Shown here: positions 15,996-24,000 of the stretch, piece by piece
Layout of the letters: every line of letters starts with the position of its first letter
How positions within the stretch are numbered: position 1 is the stretch's first letter
Source of the DNA: Prochlorococcus sp. MIT 1223
GTDB taxonomy: Bacteria; Cyanobacteriota; Cyanobacteriia; PCC-6307; Cyanobiaceae
DNA: 24,000 nucleotides
Direction of reading: 5' to 3'
Assembly (NCBI RefSeq): GCF_034092465.1
Contig: NZ_CP139303.1
Span: 686,865-710,864 of the forward strand
Notes under the pieces: model-generated
The model's input: only the letters and a program-made list of their open reading frames with translations
Told to the model about the DNA's origin: nothing
Database searches by the model: none
Translations under genes and position numbers: made by a program

Positions 15996-17828
15996 CTAAA
16001 GTCTCTCAGGTCTTGGATTTTGCCAATCTGCATTAACTCCTTGATTCTGCAATTCTTTAGCACGAAGATCTAGATCTCTTCTATTTAATCTCCAAACTTT
16101 ATATACACTAAACTCCCCAAGCAATTCTGGATTCAGGTCTTTCCAGTGATTATAATCACTCGTTTGCTTATCAATTACCATCAAAAATGTATTTTCATTA
16201 CCACCTGGTTCTCTAGGAGATCCTTCCCAACTATCCCTTTTCTCAATAGATAATCTTTCAGAAAGATTAACTAATGCCACAACATCATTTGATTCATAAA
16301 GAACTACTTTATTAATATAAAAATGAATTGATGGCTTATTAATTCCAACCATTGCTACAGCTTCATAAGTTTTTTTGCTGGACTTTATCAACTCAGAAAC
16401 TTGACGTAAAGGCAGTTGTCTCAAATAATCTCCGGTTTTCCACATTGGATTTATTATGTATAGTTGAAAAATAAATAATGGTATTTGTATTAAAAGTAAT
16501 CTGCCATTTTTGAATCTTAATCCTATTAATATTGCAGCAATAGATGAGAAAAAGAGGAGATTAAAAGCCTTTTTCCCAATTGCAATATCAATCAAAGTCT
16601 CTCCTAAATTTGGCATTTCTGGGTCATTAATAAATTCCACCCAAATTGGCAGGAGTAAAAGAACTAAAGAAATAAAAATACAAATCGTACATGTCAATAT
16701 CCAAAGTAGATTTTGAGACTTTGACTTGTTTTCTTTATTTATAGAGTAATGTGCTATTAATATTGAAGCTGCAGGGGTAGCTGGCAACCAATAACTAGGT
16801 AACTTAGTAGCGGCAAATGTGAATAATATAAAAACAGAGATAAGCCAACAAAAAGCAAAGTTGGTTAAAGATTCCTCTGGTATAGGAATGGATCTTTTAT
16901 CTAATCTAATAATATTCTTTAATTCTTTATACAGGCTAAATAGTAAAAAGGAAGAGAAAGGTAATGAACCAATTACAAGAATTAAGCAAAAAAACCACCA
17001 CGGTTGCTGATGACTATTTACAACAGAAGTAAATCTTTGAAAATTATGATAACCAAAAAAACTTTCTCCAAAAGATTTACCTTCTATTAATAGTTCTAGT
17101 AGGTACCAAGGAGAACTTAAAACCAAAGTTAGTAAAATTCCCTTGATAGGTTTTATTCGATTAATTAATCGTCCATAATCATTTTGAAATAATCCAAAGA
17201 AAAAAAGCACCATTCCAGTAAGAACTACTGCTACTGGTCCCTTAGCAAGAACTGCCAAAGATAAAAATATCCATGCTGACCACCAATTTTGATTACAGGG
17301 ATTTGAATATCTTTTCCATTGCAAAAGCAAATTAATTCCAAGAGTGCTACAAAGAAGTGCATCGCTTACAGCAATTCGACTCCAAATTAAAACTAAAGGT
17401 GAAAGGGCAAAAGCAAGTGAACCTATAAGAGCAGTTCTACGCGGATAAAGATCAAATTTTAATGGATTTAGTATTAATATTTTGCCTATTGCAAGCATCA
17501 TCAATAGTGAAGAGAATGCTGAGGGGAATCGAGCAGACCAAGTCCCAAGGGGATCCCATATATCTTGAAAAGGTAGTGCATAAATTATTCCCATCAACCA
17601 ATAAATTAATGGGGGCTTATCAAAACGAGGCAAGCCATTAACTCTTGGTGTAAGCCAATCCCCAGTGATATGCATAGCCCTTCCCGCTGCTGCAAATAAA
17701 GGAGGAGTTTCATCAAATAAGCCTGTAGAACCTAACTCCCAAAAAAATAAAATAATTCCTATGAAAAGAATAAATAGTAATCCTCTTTTTCTTGATTTAT
17801 TTTCCAAGTAAATTCTTTCTTCTTCCAT
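15996..17828 (-). CDS. ArnT/PMT-family membrane glycosyltransferase
   Basis: FLFIGIILFFWELGSTGLFDETPPLFAAAGRAMHITGDWLTPRVNGLPRFDKPPLIYWLMG motif and many TM segments. Confidence 0.9.
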   Translation of the reverse strand: MEEERIYLENKSRKRGLLFILFIGIILFFWELGSTGLFDETPPLFAAAGRAMHITGDWLTPRVNGLPRFDKPPLIYWLMGIIYALPFQDIWDPLGTWSARFPSAFSSLLMMLAIGKILILNPLKFDLYPRRTALIGSLAFALSPLVLIWSRIAVSDALLCSTLGINLLLQWKRYSNPCNQNWWSAWIFLSLAVLAKGPVAVVLTGMVLFFFGLFQNDYGRLINRIKPIKGILLTLVLSSPWYLLELLIEGKSFGESFFGYHNFQRFTSVVNSHQQPWWFFCLILVIGSLPFSSFLLFSLYKELKNIIRLDKRSIPIPEESLTNFAFCWLISVFILFTFAATKLPSYWLPATPAASILIAHYSINKENKSKSQNLLWILTCTICIFISLVLLLLPIWVEFINDPEMPNLGETLIDIAIGKKAFNLLFFSSIAAILIGLRFKNGRLLLIQIPLFIFQLYIINPMWKTGDYLRQLPLRQVSELIKSSKKTYEAVAMVGINKPSIHFYINKVVLYESNDVVALVNLSERLSIEKRDSWEGSPREPGGNENTFLMVIDKQTSDYNHWKDLNPELLGEFSVYKVWRLNRRDLDLRAKELQNQGVNADWQNPRPERL

Positions 17829-18938
17829 TTAAGTAGATTGATAGTTATTTAAATCTTCAGACAAGCCTTCTAAAATCCACTTCTCTATTTTCTTTGCGAA
17901 AACCTCTTTTGATGCAGATTTTTCTACCCAAAGCCTACAATTTCTCCGATCAATTGAATTAACTTTAGATACTGAAAGTATCATTGAATCAATATCATCA
18001 GGTGGAACCAAAAAACCATTAAAACCTTGATCTATTAATTCGCCTGGTCCACCTCTATCATATGAAACCACTGGAACTCCGCAAGCCATAGCCTCAATAA
18101 GAACATTTCCATAGGCTTCTTTCCATTTAGGAGTATTTATTAATGCTCTACAAGTACCAATCTCTTTTTGCAAAGAATCAGTTGAAAGAAAACCTCTATA
18201 ATTAATTATCTTTTTAGGGAATAATGAGTTAACTCTATCCGCATAATTTTTATCCTCCATTAATCCCCAAACTAAAAGTTTTTCACCAAGTGCTTCCGCT
18301 ACTCGTACCGCATCTTCTAGACCTTTTTCTGGAGCAACTCGCCCAATCCAACCAAGAGGTCCTTCTGTTTTAGATTGAAATTTATATCGAGCTAAATCAA
18401 ATCCATTACCCACAATGGTTGGATGATCTTCTAGTTCGTAATCTGAAGCTTGACGACTAGAATGAAAAGCCAATCTATGTAAATGAGTTTTTGATAAGTC
18501 TTTAATAATATTTTTCATTACATCAGATTCGTTACTCATACTTATTAAATGAAAAATCTTTAGATCTACAAAGCGCGTAATCCACAAAGGAAGCCAATCA
18601 TATCCAAAATTCAAGATAGCATCTGAATTGTGAGCTATTTCAAAAGTTTTTTCCCACAATTTCGGCAAAACACCACCTAAGGGGATCTCAATTGGTCCTT
18701 CTTTTTGTTGATGTTGCCAACTTAATTGATCTCTGCCTATCACATATTTAATTTCGACACCCAAGCAATCTGATGGTAAATAAGATTTTTCAGGTGCTAC
18801 TAAAGTTACTTTATGGCCTAAGGAAATAAGTCCTCTTATCAATGAGATTAATGTAAGTTCAACTCCTCCTCCTTTGCCACTCCCTATGTAGCCTATTGGA
18901 GTACTAACTAAAACTATATTTAAAGACTTTGAGTTCAT
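17829..18938 (-). CDS. Glycosyltransferase family 4-like (group 1)
   Basis: IGSGKGGGVELTLISLIRGLISLGHKVTLVAPE at N-terminus; GPLGWIGRVAPEKGLEDAVRVAEALGEKLLVWG and EAYGNVLIEAMACGVPVVSYDRGGPGELI. Confidence 0.94.
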   Translation of the reverse strand: MNSKSLNIVLVSTPIGYIGSGKGGGVELTLISLIRGLISLGHKVTLVAPEKSYLPSDCLGVEIKYVIGRDQLSWQHQQKEGPIEIPLGGVLPKLWEKTFEIAHNSDAILNFGYDWLPLWITRFVDLKIFHLISMSNESDVMKNIIKDLSKTHLHRLAFHSSRQASDYELEDHPTIVGNGFDLARYKFQSKTEGPLGWIGRVAPEKGLEDAVRVAEALGEKLLVWGLMEDKNYADRVNSLFPKKIINYRGFLSTDSLQKEIGTCRALINTPKWKEAYGNVLIEAMACGVPVVSYDRGGPGELIDQGFNGFLVPPDDIDSMILSVSKVNSIDRRNCRLWVEKSASKEVFAKKIEKWILEGLSEDLNNYQST

Positions 18939-19930
18939 TAAGTAATACCTTCTTCTAAAGATTTATCCAAAGAAGCTTGTTTTCCCCAAAAACGATTTCT
19001 CTGGCTTACTAAAAGAACTGAAATAAATATCATCACGACACCTACCCATTGTAAAAGTTCAAGCCTTTCTCCTAGCCAAATCCCTCCTGTAAAAAGAGCA
19101 AATACAGGTGTTAAGAAAGCTAAAGTACTAAAACTAGTAAGCTCTAATTGATTCGCAAACCAGAAAAACAAACCATACGCAAGAGCACTACCAAATAAAC
19201 TTGCGTAAAGCATCAATAGCCAGTCGAAAGAAGTCCAATCAGGCCAAATAGACCCAACAGTATTAAAAGAATGCCAAGCAATTATTGGCAAACTTCCTAA
19301 AGCCATATGCCAACCAGTAACAGCAACTGGATCACTTTCTTTACATGCAAACCTAATTAGAACTGTTCCTAAAGCCATAGCCAATGCCGCAGCAAGCATC
19401 CAAAGCTCTCCATGACTCAATAAAATTCCATCCGAAACAGCATTACCTAGCAACAACCAATGATTAAGAAAATTTGCAGGCACTCCTAAGCAAATAATCC
19501 CAGCCAAGCCAAGAATTAACCCTATCCATCCAATAGGGTTAATTAAATCACCAAAAATTGCCCTCGCCAAAAGAGCGACCATTAATGGCTGAGAATCAAT
19601 TAAAACCGATCCAAGGCCAGCACCAGTTTGAGAAAGTCCTTTAGCTAAAAAAATCTGAAATAGACTTGCATCAACGAGAGTAAAAACTAAAAACCAAAAC
19701 AAATCTCCTTTAGAAATAATTATTTTTCTTTTTAAAATTACAGCGGCAAAAATCACCAATAGACCTGCAGGCAGAAGTCTGAGAAAAGCTACTATTTCTG
19801 GGCCTCCGGAATTTACCAATGGGGCCATTGCGGCCATAGAAGTGCCCCATAATGCAAATGGGAGGACCATCAAAAACCAGCGCCAAATTACAAACATGAG
19901 GTCATATGGCAAACTCCTTTTTAAGATCAA
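18938..19930 (-). CDS. EamA/DMT superfamily transporter
   Basis: About ten hydrophobic segments; VAFLRLLPAGLLV, GAGLGSVLIDSQPLMVALLA, FLTPVFALFTGGIWLGERLELLQWVGVVMIFISVLLV. TAATG overlap with the glycosyltransferase gene. Confidence 0.92.
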   Translation of the reverse strand: MILKRSLPYDLMFVIWRWFLMVLPFALWGTSMAAMAPLVNSGGPEIVAFLRLLPAGLLVIFAAVILKRKIIISKGDLFWFLVFTLVDASLFQIFLAKGLSQTGAGLGSVLIDSQPLMVALLARAIFGDLINPIGWIGLILGLAGIICLGVPANFLNHWLLLGNAVSDGILLSHGELWMLAAALAMALGTVLIRFACKESDPVAVTGWHMALGSLPIIAWHSFNTVGSIWPDWTSFDWLLMLYASLFGSALAYGLFFWFANQLELTSFSTLAFLTPVFALFTGGIWLGERLELLQWVGVVMIFISVLLVSQRNRFWGKQASLDKSLEEGIT

Positions 19931-19950
19931 AATAAATTTGCATAAGTTGA

Positions 19951-20760
19951 ATGATCTGGCCTTTTAGAAGAAAATCAAAAAGAAGGATGGCACGGATCAT
20001 CATTGAAGGAGCCATCAATGGTGCAACACGTAAGCTAGTCCTTAAAGCTATTAAGCAGGTCGAGGAAAGAGAGTTCCCTGCACTATTGCTTAGAATAGAT
20101 AGTCCTGGGGGCACTGTTGGGGATAGCCAGGAAATTCACAAGGCTCTGCTAAGGCTTAGAGAAAAAGGCTGTCGAGTGGTAGCAAGTTTTGGGAATATAT
20201 CAGCTTCTGGAGGCGTTTACGTGGGAGTTGGAGCAGAGAAAATAGTTGCCAATCCTGGAACCATTACTGGCTCAATCGGTGTAATTCTAAGAGGTAATAA
20301 TCTGTCAAAGTTGCTTGAAAGAATAGGTATCCGCTTTGAAACAATAAAAAGTGGCACTTATAAAGATATTCTCTCGCCAGATCGTCCACTAACAGAAGAA
20401 GAAAGGGGATTACTTCAATCCCTAATTGATAGCAGCTATGAACAATTTGTTAATGCAGTCGCCGAAGGTAGAAACCTAAAGCCGGAAGAAGTGAAAAAAT
20501 TTGCAGATGGAAGAGTTTTCACTGGAAGTCAGGCTAAGGATCTTGGATTAGTTGATGAGATTGGCGATGAAGATCACGCAAGGATTGTCGCTGCCAATCT
20601 GGCTGAAATAGACGACAAAATTGAACCTATTACACTTGGTAAACCTAAAAAGAAAATCCTTGGATTTCTTCCAGGAAGTAGTTTTTTATTCAATTTAGCT
20701 GAACTAATAAATATGGAACTGTCATCTAATGGACAAATACTTTGGCTTTTTAAGCCTTAA
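19951..20760 (+). CDS. sppA: Signal peptide peptidase SppA-like serine protease
   Basis: LLLRIDSPGGTVGDSQEIHKAL, NISASGGVYVGVGAEKIVANPGTITGSIGV, GRVFTGSQAKDLGLVDEIG. Confidence 0.95.
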   Translation: MIWPFRRKSKRRMARIIIEGAINGATRKLVLKAIKQVEEREFPALLLRIDSPGGTVGDSQEIHKALLRLREKGCRVVASFGNISASGGVYVGVGAEKIVANPGTITGSIGVILRGNNLSKLLERIGIRFETIKSGTYKDILSPDRPLTEEERGLLQSLIDSSYEQFVNAVAEGRNLKPEEVKKFADGRVFTGSQAKDLGLVDEIGDEDHARIVAANLAEIDDKIEPITLGKPKKKILGFLPGSSFLFNLAELINMELSSNGQILWLFKP

Positions 20761-20763
20761 CTT

Positions 20764-21138
20764 ATGAACAATAGTGAAACCTTAGTTCTCCAAGCTTTAA
20801 GGGGAGCTATTACATGCAGCAAAAACTCAACTGAATCAATAGCAAATGCTGTCAATGAACTTATAGATGAATTAGTCGTCAGAAATAATCTCAAGCCCGA
20901 ACAAATTGTGTCAATAACCTTTTCAGTAACTAGAGATCTTGATGCATGCTTTCCAGCTTCAATAGCTAGAAAACAACCTGGTTGGGAAAAAATCGCCTTA
21001 CTAGATTGCCAACAAATGTATGTAAAAAGTGATCTTGAAAATTGTATAAGAATTCTTGCTCATACATGGCTACCATCTGAACAAACTCCAAAACATCCTT
21101 ATCTAGGAAAAGCAACTACACTTCGTCCAGACAGATAA
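20764..21138 (+). CDS. aroH: Chorismate mutase, AroH class
   Basis: LRGAITCSKNSTESIANAVNELIDELVVRNNLKPEQIVSITFSVTRDLDACFPASIAR; LGKATTLRPD. Confidence 0.95.
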   Translation: MNNSETLVLQALRGAITCSKNSTESIANAVNELIDELVVRNNLKPEQIVSITFSVTRDLDACFPASIARKQPGWEKIALLDCQQMYVKSDLENCIRILAHTWLPSEQTPKHPYLGKATTLRPDR

Positions 21139-21238
21139 AAAGTAATCTAAAAATGAATTAACGCTATATGAACTTAATTTTCTTTAAGTCATAGGCTGCA
21201 TACTAAACTTAATTCAAAACAACCAGAAAAATTTTAAA

Positions 21239-21823
21239 ATGCTTTCCATTAAAAAAATTTTAAGAAGAAAGAATATATTAAAGGTTGGTATAGCAGCTGG
21301 TTTACTAGTTTCTTGTTTTTATTTTGAAGCAATAAATAAACAAGAAGCTGCTATTGCCTCAGGAATGGCCGAGTTCCGCTGGGGTGGGAATGATAATTAT
21401 AAACCTCTCAAATTCCTACAAAGAGGAGATGAAAGATTAGAGCGTGCTACTTATTTTTTCTTTCTAAAAAAGAATCAAAGAAAAACTGCAATATTAAAAC
21501 TATCCTTAAAGTTTCCAGAACATTTTAAGGCAAGAATAAAACCAAAAAATATTCGAGTTTGTCAGGTTAGAGTTGGAGGCTTTACTGAAAAATCAAAGTG
21601 TTTAAAAAACGTTCCTGCCACAATTGAAATTGACAAACAAATGAAAAATATAGATATATTTCCTGATACTCCAATTCCAGCGAATAATAAAGCTTATGCA
21701 GTAGTTCTAAAAATCTTCAATCCAAGAAAAAGTGGAATGTATCAAATAAATGCTTTCTCTCAATCTCCTGGCGAACTTCCTGTTTCACTATATTTAGGAA
21801 GCTACGTTATTACGATTAAGTGA
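21239..21823 (+). CDS. DUF2808 family secreted/anchored protein
   Basis: ATYFFFLKKNQRKTAILKLSLKFPEHFKARIKPKNIRVC and FPDTPIPANNKAYAVVLKIFNPRKSGMYQINAFSQSPGELPVSLYLGSYVITI. Confidence 0.8.
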   Translation: MLSIKKILRRKNILKVGIAAGLLVSCFYFEAINKQEAAIASGMAEFRWGGNDNYKPLKFLQRGDERLERATYFFFLKKNQRKTAILKLSLKFPEHFKARIKPKNIRVCQVRVGGFTEKSKCLKNVPATIEIDKQMKNIDIFPDTPIPANNKAYAVVLKIFNPRKSGMYQINAFSQSPGELPVSLYLGSYVITIK

Positions 21824-21878
21824 ACTGGTACATTACTCTTATTAACTAGAGTCAACCTAAAGAAGACGAGAACTAAAA

Positions 21879-22016
21879 ATGACAAAAAGAACACTCGGTG
21901 GGACAAGCAGAAAAAGAAAAAGAGTTTCAGGATTCCGAGTAAGGATGAGGACTCACACTGGTAAAAGAGTTATTAGGTCTAGGCGTAAAAGAGGAAGGAC
22001 TCGCATAGCAGTTTGA
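21879..22016 (+). CDS. rpmH: Ribosomal protein L34
   Basis: [45 protein letters not shown], 45 aa, directly upstream of rnpA; shorter than the ORF-track cutoff. Confidence 0.99.
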   Translation: MTKRTLGGTSRKRKRVSGFRVRMRTHTGKRVIRSRRKRGRTRIAV

Positions 22017-22055
22017 CAGAGTATATATTCAAATAATTTCCTCAAAAGCTATTGA

Positions 22056-22451
22056 ATGGTTCTAACGAAATCCCTAAGGCTTAGTGGCTATAAGTGTTTT
22101 GACTATTTGCATCAACAAGGTTTTAGGTTTCATGGAAAGTTAATGACACTTAGAACCGTTACTCCAAAACCAATTTTGCTAAAAAAGAAAAATCGCCAGT
22201 CCCAGTCCGCTCAAAGCAAATTTAAATGTGCAATTTCAATAAGTCATAAGGTAAGTAAGAAAGCCGTTACTAGAAATAAGCTAAGGAGACTTTTGCATGA
22301 TCATTTAAGAAATAAAATTAGTAGAATCAAAAATCAACCTAATGCTTGGGCACTTATTACTCTTAAACCTAGTAGCGCTCCATACGAAAGTCATGAATTT
22401 TTGCTAAAAGAGTGCGACAGGCTACTTTCTAAAGCGGGATTGTTTCGATGA
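22056..22451 (+). CDS. rnpA: Ribonuclease P protein component
   Basis: Located between rpmH and yidC; SQSAQSKFKCAISISHKVSKKAVTRNKLRRLLHDHLRN is the RnpA RNA-binding motif. Confidence 0.95.
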   Translation: MVLTKSLRLSGYKCFDYLHQQGFRFHGKLMTLRTVTPKPILLKKKNRQSQSAQSKFKCAISISHKVSKKAVTRNKLRRLLHDHLRNKISRIKNQPNAWALITLKPSSAPYESHEFLLKECDRLLSKAGLFR

Positions 22452-22855
22452 AGAATTCTTCAGAAAAGACTTTTTATGAAGGTGGGCCCTCTAAAGCTGA
22501 TCTAATTATCAACCTTTTAGCGGGATTTACTTTAATAGGTCTTCCTTTTACTGTTGGAGCAATAGTAAGAGCTTTATGGCTTCGTTTTAAAATTACAAAT
22601 AAAAGGATTTCTGTAACTGGAGGATGGCTAGGAAGAGATAAAACGCAACTTGTTTATAGTCAAATTGCAGAAGTCAGATCAATCCCAAGAGGTCTAGGGT
22701 CTTATGGGGACATGGTTTTAGTCCTTAAAGATGGAGCAAGACTAGAAATGAGGTCAATTCCAAATTTTCGTGAAACAGAGGCATTTATTATCGGAAATTT
22801 AAAACAACCAATTAGAAAAGCTGAAGAAGAAAATGCAAAAGGCTTCTCGGCCTAA
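22448..22855 (+). CDS. PH (bacterial pleckstrin-homology) domain membrane protein
   Basis: Two hydrophobic segments then FKITNKRISVTGGWLGRDKTQLVYSQIAEVRSIPRGLGSYGDMVLVLKDGARLEMRSIPNF; ATGA overlap with rnpA. Confidence 0.88.
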   Translation: MKNSSEKTFYEGGPSKADLIINLLAGFTLIGLPFTVGAIVRALWLRFKITNKRISVTGGWLGRDKTQLVYSQIAEVRSIPRGLGSYGDMVLVLKDGARLEMRSIPNFRETEAFIIGNLKQPIRKAEEENAKGFSA

Positions 22856-22939
22856 TAAAATCACCAAAGAAAATACAGCTTTGGTGATTTTGCTATTTCA
22901 AACTGGAATAACCACACCATCAACACTTAATAAATCATC

Positions 22940-24000
22940 GTGATCGGTTACATCTCAGACAATTTACTAATTCCTATTCTAGATTTCTTCTATGGATTGG
23001 TACCAAGCTATGGCTTAGCCATAGTCGCGTTAACAATAGTTATTAGACTGGCATTATTTCCTTTAAGCGCTGGTTCTATAAGAAGTGCTCGTCGTATGAA
23101 AATAGCGCAGCCTGTCATGCAAAAGCGTCAGGCTGAAATTAAAAGTCGTTATTCCAATAACCCTCAAAAACAACAGGAAGAACTTGGCAAATTAATGAGT
23201 GAATTTGGAAGTCCTCTTGCAGGTTGTCTTCCTCTATTAGTTCAAATGCCGATTCTTTTTGCATTATTTGCAACACTTAGAGGATCGCCCTTCGCAGATG
23301 TTCCATATTTAGTAAATTTAAAAATTCTTCCTTCCGATCAAATTGCTGCAGTAGAACCAAAACCTTTTAAGACTGCAAAACACTCCATATTCATAACAGA
23401 AAAGGATCATTTCCCAGTTATTGCTTCACTTCCAGGTGGAACAAAAATTGGCACTGGAGATACAGTTAACATAAATCTTCAAACTCTAAGTGGAGAAAGT
23501 TACTCAAAAGCCCTTACTAAATATGAAAATGGCAAAAAGTTTCAAGCAAATTGGCGAGTAACCAAAGGAGAGGGTCTAGTAAAAGTAAATTCAGATGGGA
23601 CAGTAAATGCTATATCACCAGGAGATGCAACCATCGAAGCCAAAATACCTGGATTGGCAGCTAAGAGTGGATTTCTTTTTATAAAAGCGCTAGGTCAAGT
23701 TGGGTTTTATGTTAATGGTTCAATTAATTGGGATATTGCAATACTAGTTGGAGGCTTTGGATTAACTCTTTTACTTTCTCAAACCCTTTCAGGGCAAGGG
23801 ATGCCAGCAAATCCCCAGCAATCAACTGCCAATAAAATTACTCCTATAATGATTACAGGGATGTTTTTATTCTTCCCTCTACCCGCCGGTGTACTTTTGT
23901 ATATGGTTATTGCAAATATCTTCCAGGCACTTCAAACATTTTTATTAAGCAAAGAAGCTTTACCAGATAACTTGCAGAAGATTCTAGATGAACAAATTGC
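22940..24000 (+). CDS. yidC: Membrane protein insertase YidC/Oxa1, C-terminus truncated by the window edge
   Basis: GTG start, [62 protein letters not shown]...; open to window end; not in ORF track because incomplete. Confidence 0.95.
   Translation, partial: MIGYISDNLLIPILDFFYGLVPSYGLAIVALTIVIRLALFPLSAGSIRSARRMKIAQPVMQKRQAEIKSRYSNNPQKQQEELGKLMSEFGSPLAGCLPLLVQMPILFALFATLRGSPFADVPYLVNLKILPSDQIAAVEPKPFKTAKHSIFITEKDHFPVIASLPGGTKIGTGDTVNINLQTLSGESYSKALTKYENGKKFQANWRVTKGEGLVKVNSDGTVNAISPGDATIEAKIPGLAAKSGFLFIKALGQVGFYVNGSINWDIAILVGGFGLTLLLSQTLSGQGMPANPQQSTANKITPIMITGMFLFFPLPAGVLLYMVIANIFQALQTFLLSKEALPDNLQKILDEQI

Noticed and set aside
16510-17010. Plus-strand ORFs 16510-16716 and 16819-17010
   Set aside because: Antisense inside the ArnT-like membrane transferase gene.
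19902-20114. Minus-strand 70-aa ORF
   Set aside because: Overlaps the beginning of sppA and the EamA start; clearly antisense.
1-24000. CRISPR arrays, insertion-sequence transposases, classical restriction or anti-phage systems
   Set aside because: No regularly spaced repeats, transposase motifs or known defence-domain proteins were seen in any frame I inspected.

Overview
AT-rich cyanobacterial chromosome segment. Gene content and protein style (SLH/porin, FutA/IdiA, flavodoxin, DUF2808, L34-rnpA-PH-yidC) point to a low-GC, probably low-light-adapted Prochlorococcus; this taxonomy is inference. Left part (1-6.5 kb) looks like an accessory island abutting the 3' end of a minus-strand tRNA-Ser(CGA). 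It holds a very large TPR protein running off the window edge, a small serine recombinase followed by two tiny ORFs, and a set of tiny minus-strand genes linked by ATGA stop/start overlaps. The middle part (6.6-15.9 kb) has an iron-associated set (FutA/IdiA-like binding protein, PiuC-like 2OG-Fe(II) hydroxylase, a secreted small protein, an SLH porin, flavodoxin), glyQ, and a cluster of small membrane-protein genes. One of these carries a PsbF (cytochrome b559 beta)-like domain in which the heme-ligand histidine appears to be asparagine. The right part is conserved: an ArnT-like transferase, a glycosyltransferase, an EamA transporter, sppA, aroH, DUF2808, rpmH, rnpA, a PH-domain protein, and yidC with an apparent Ig-like (Big_2) insertion. 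Most notable non-coding signal: a perfect 27-bp-arm inverted repeat (10526-10589) between glyQ and the porin gene. All homology calls are from recognition of sequence motifs; no database search was run.
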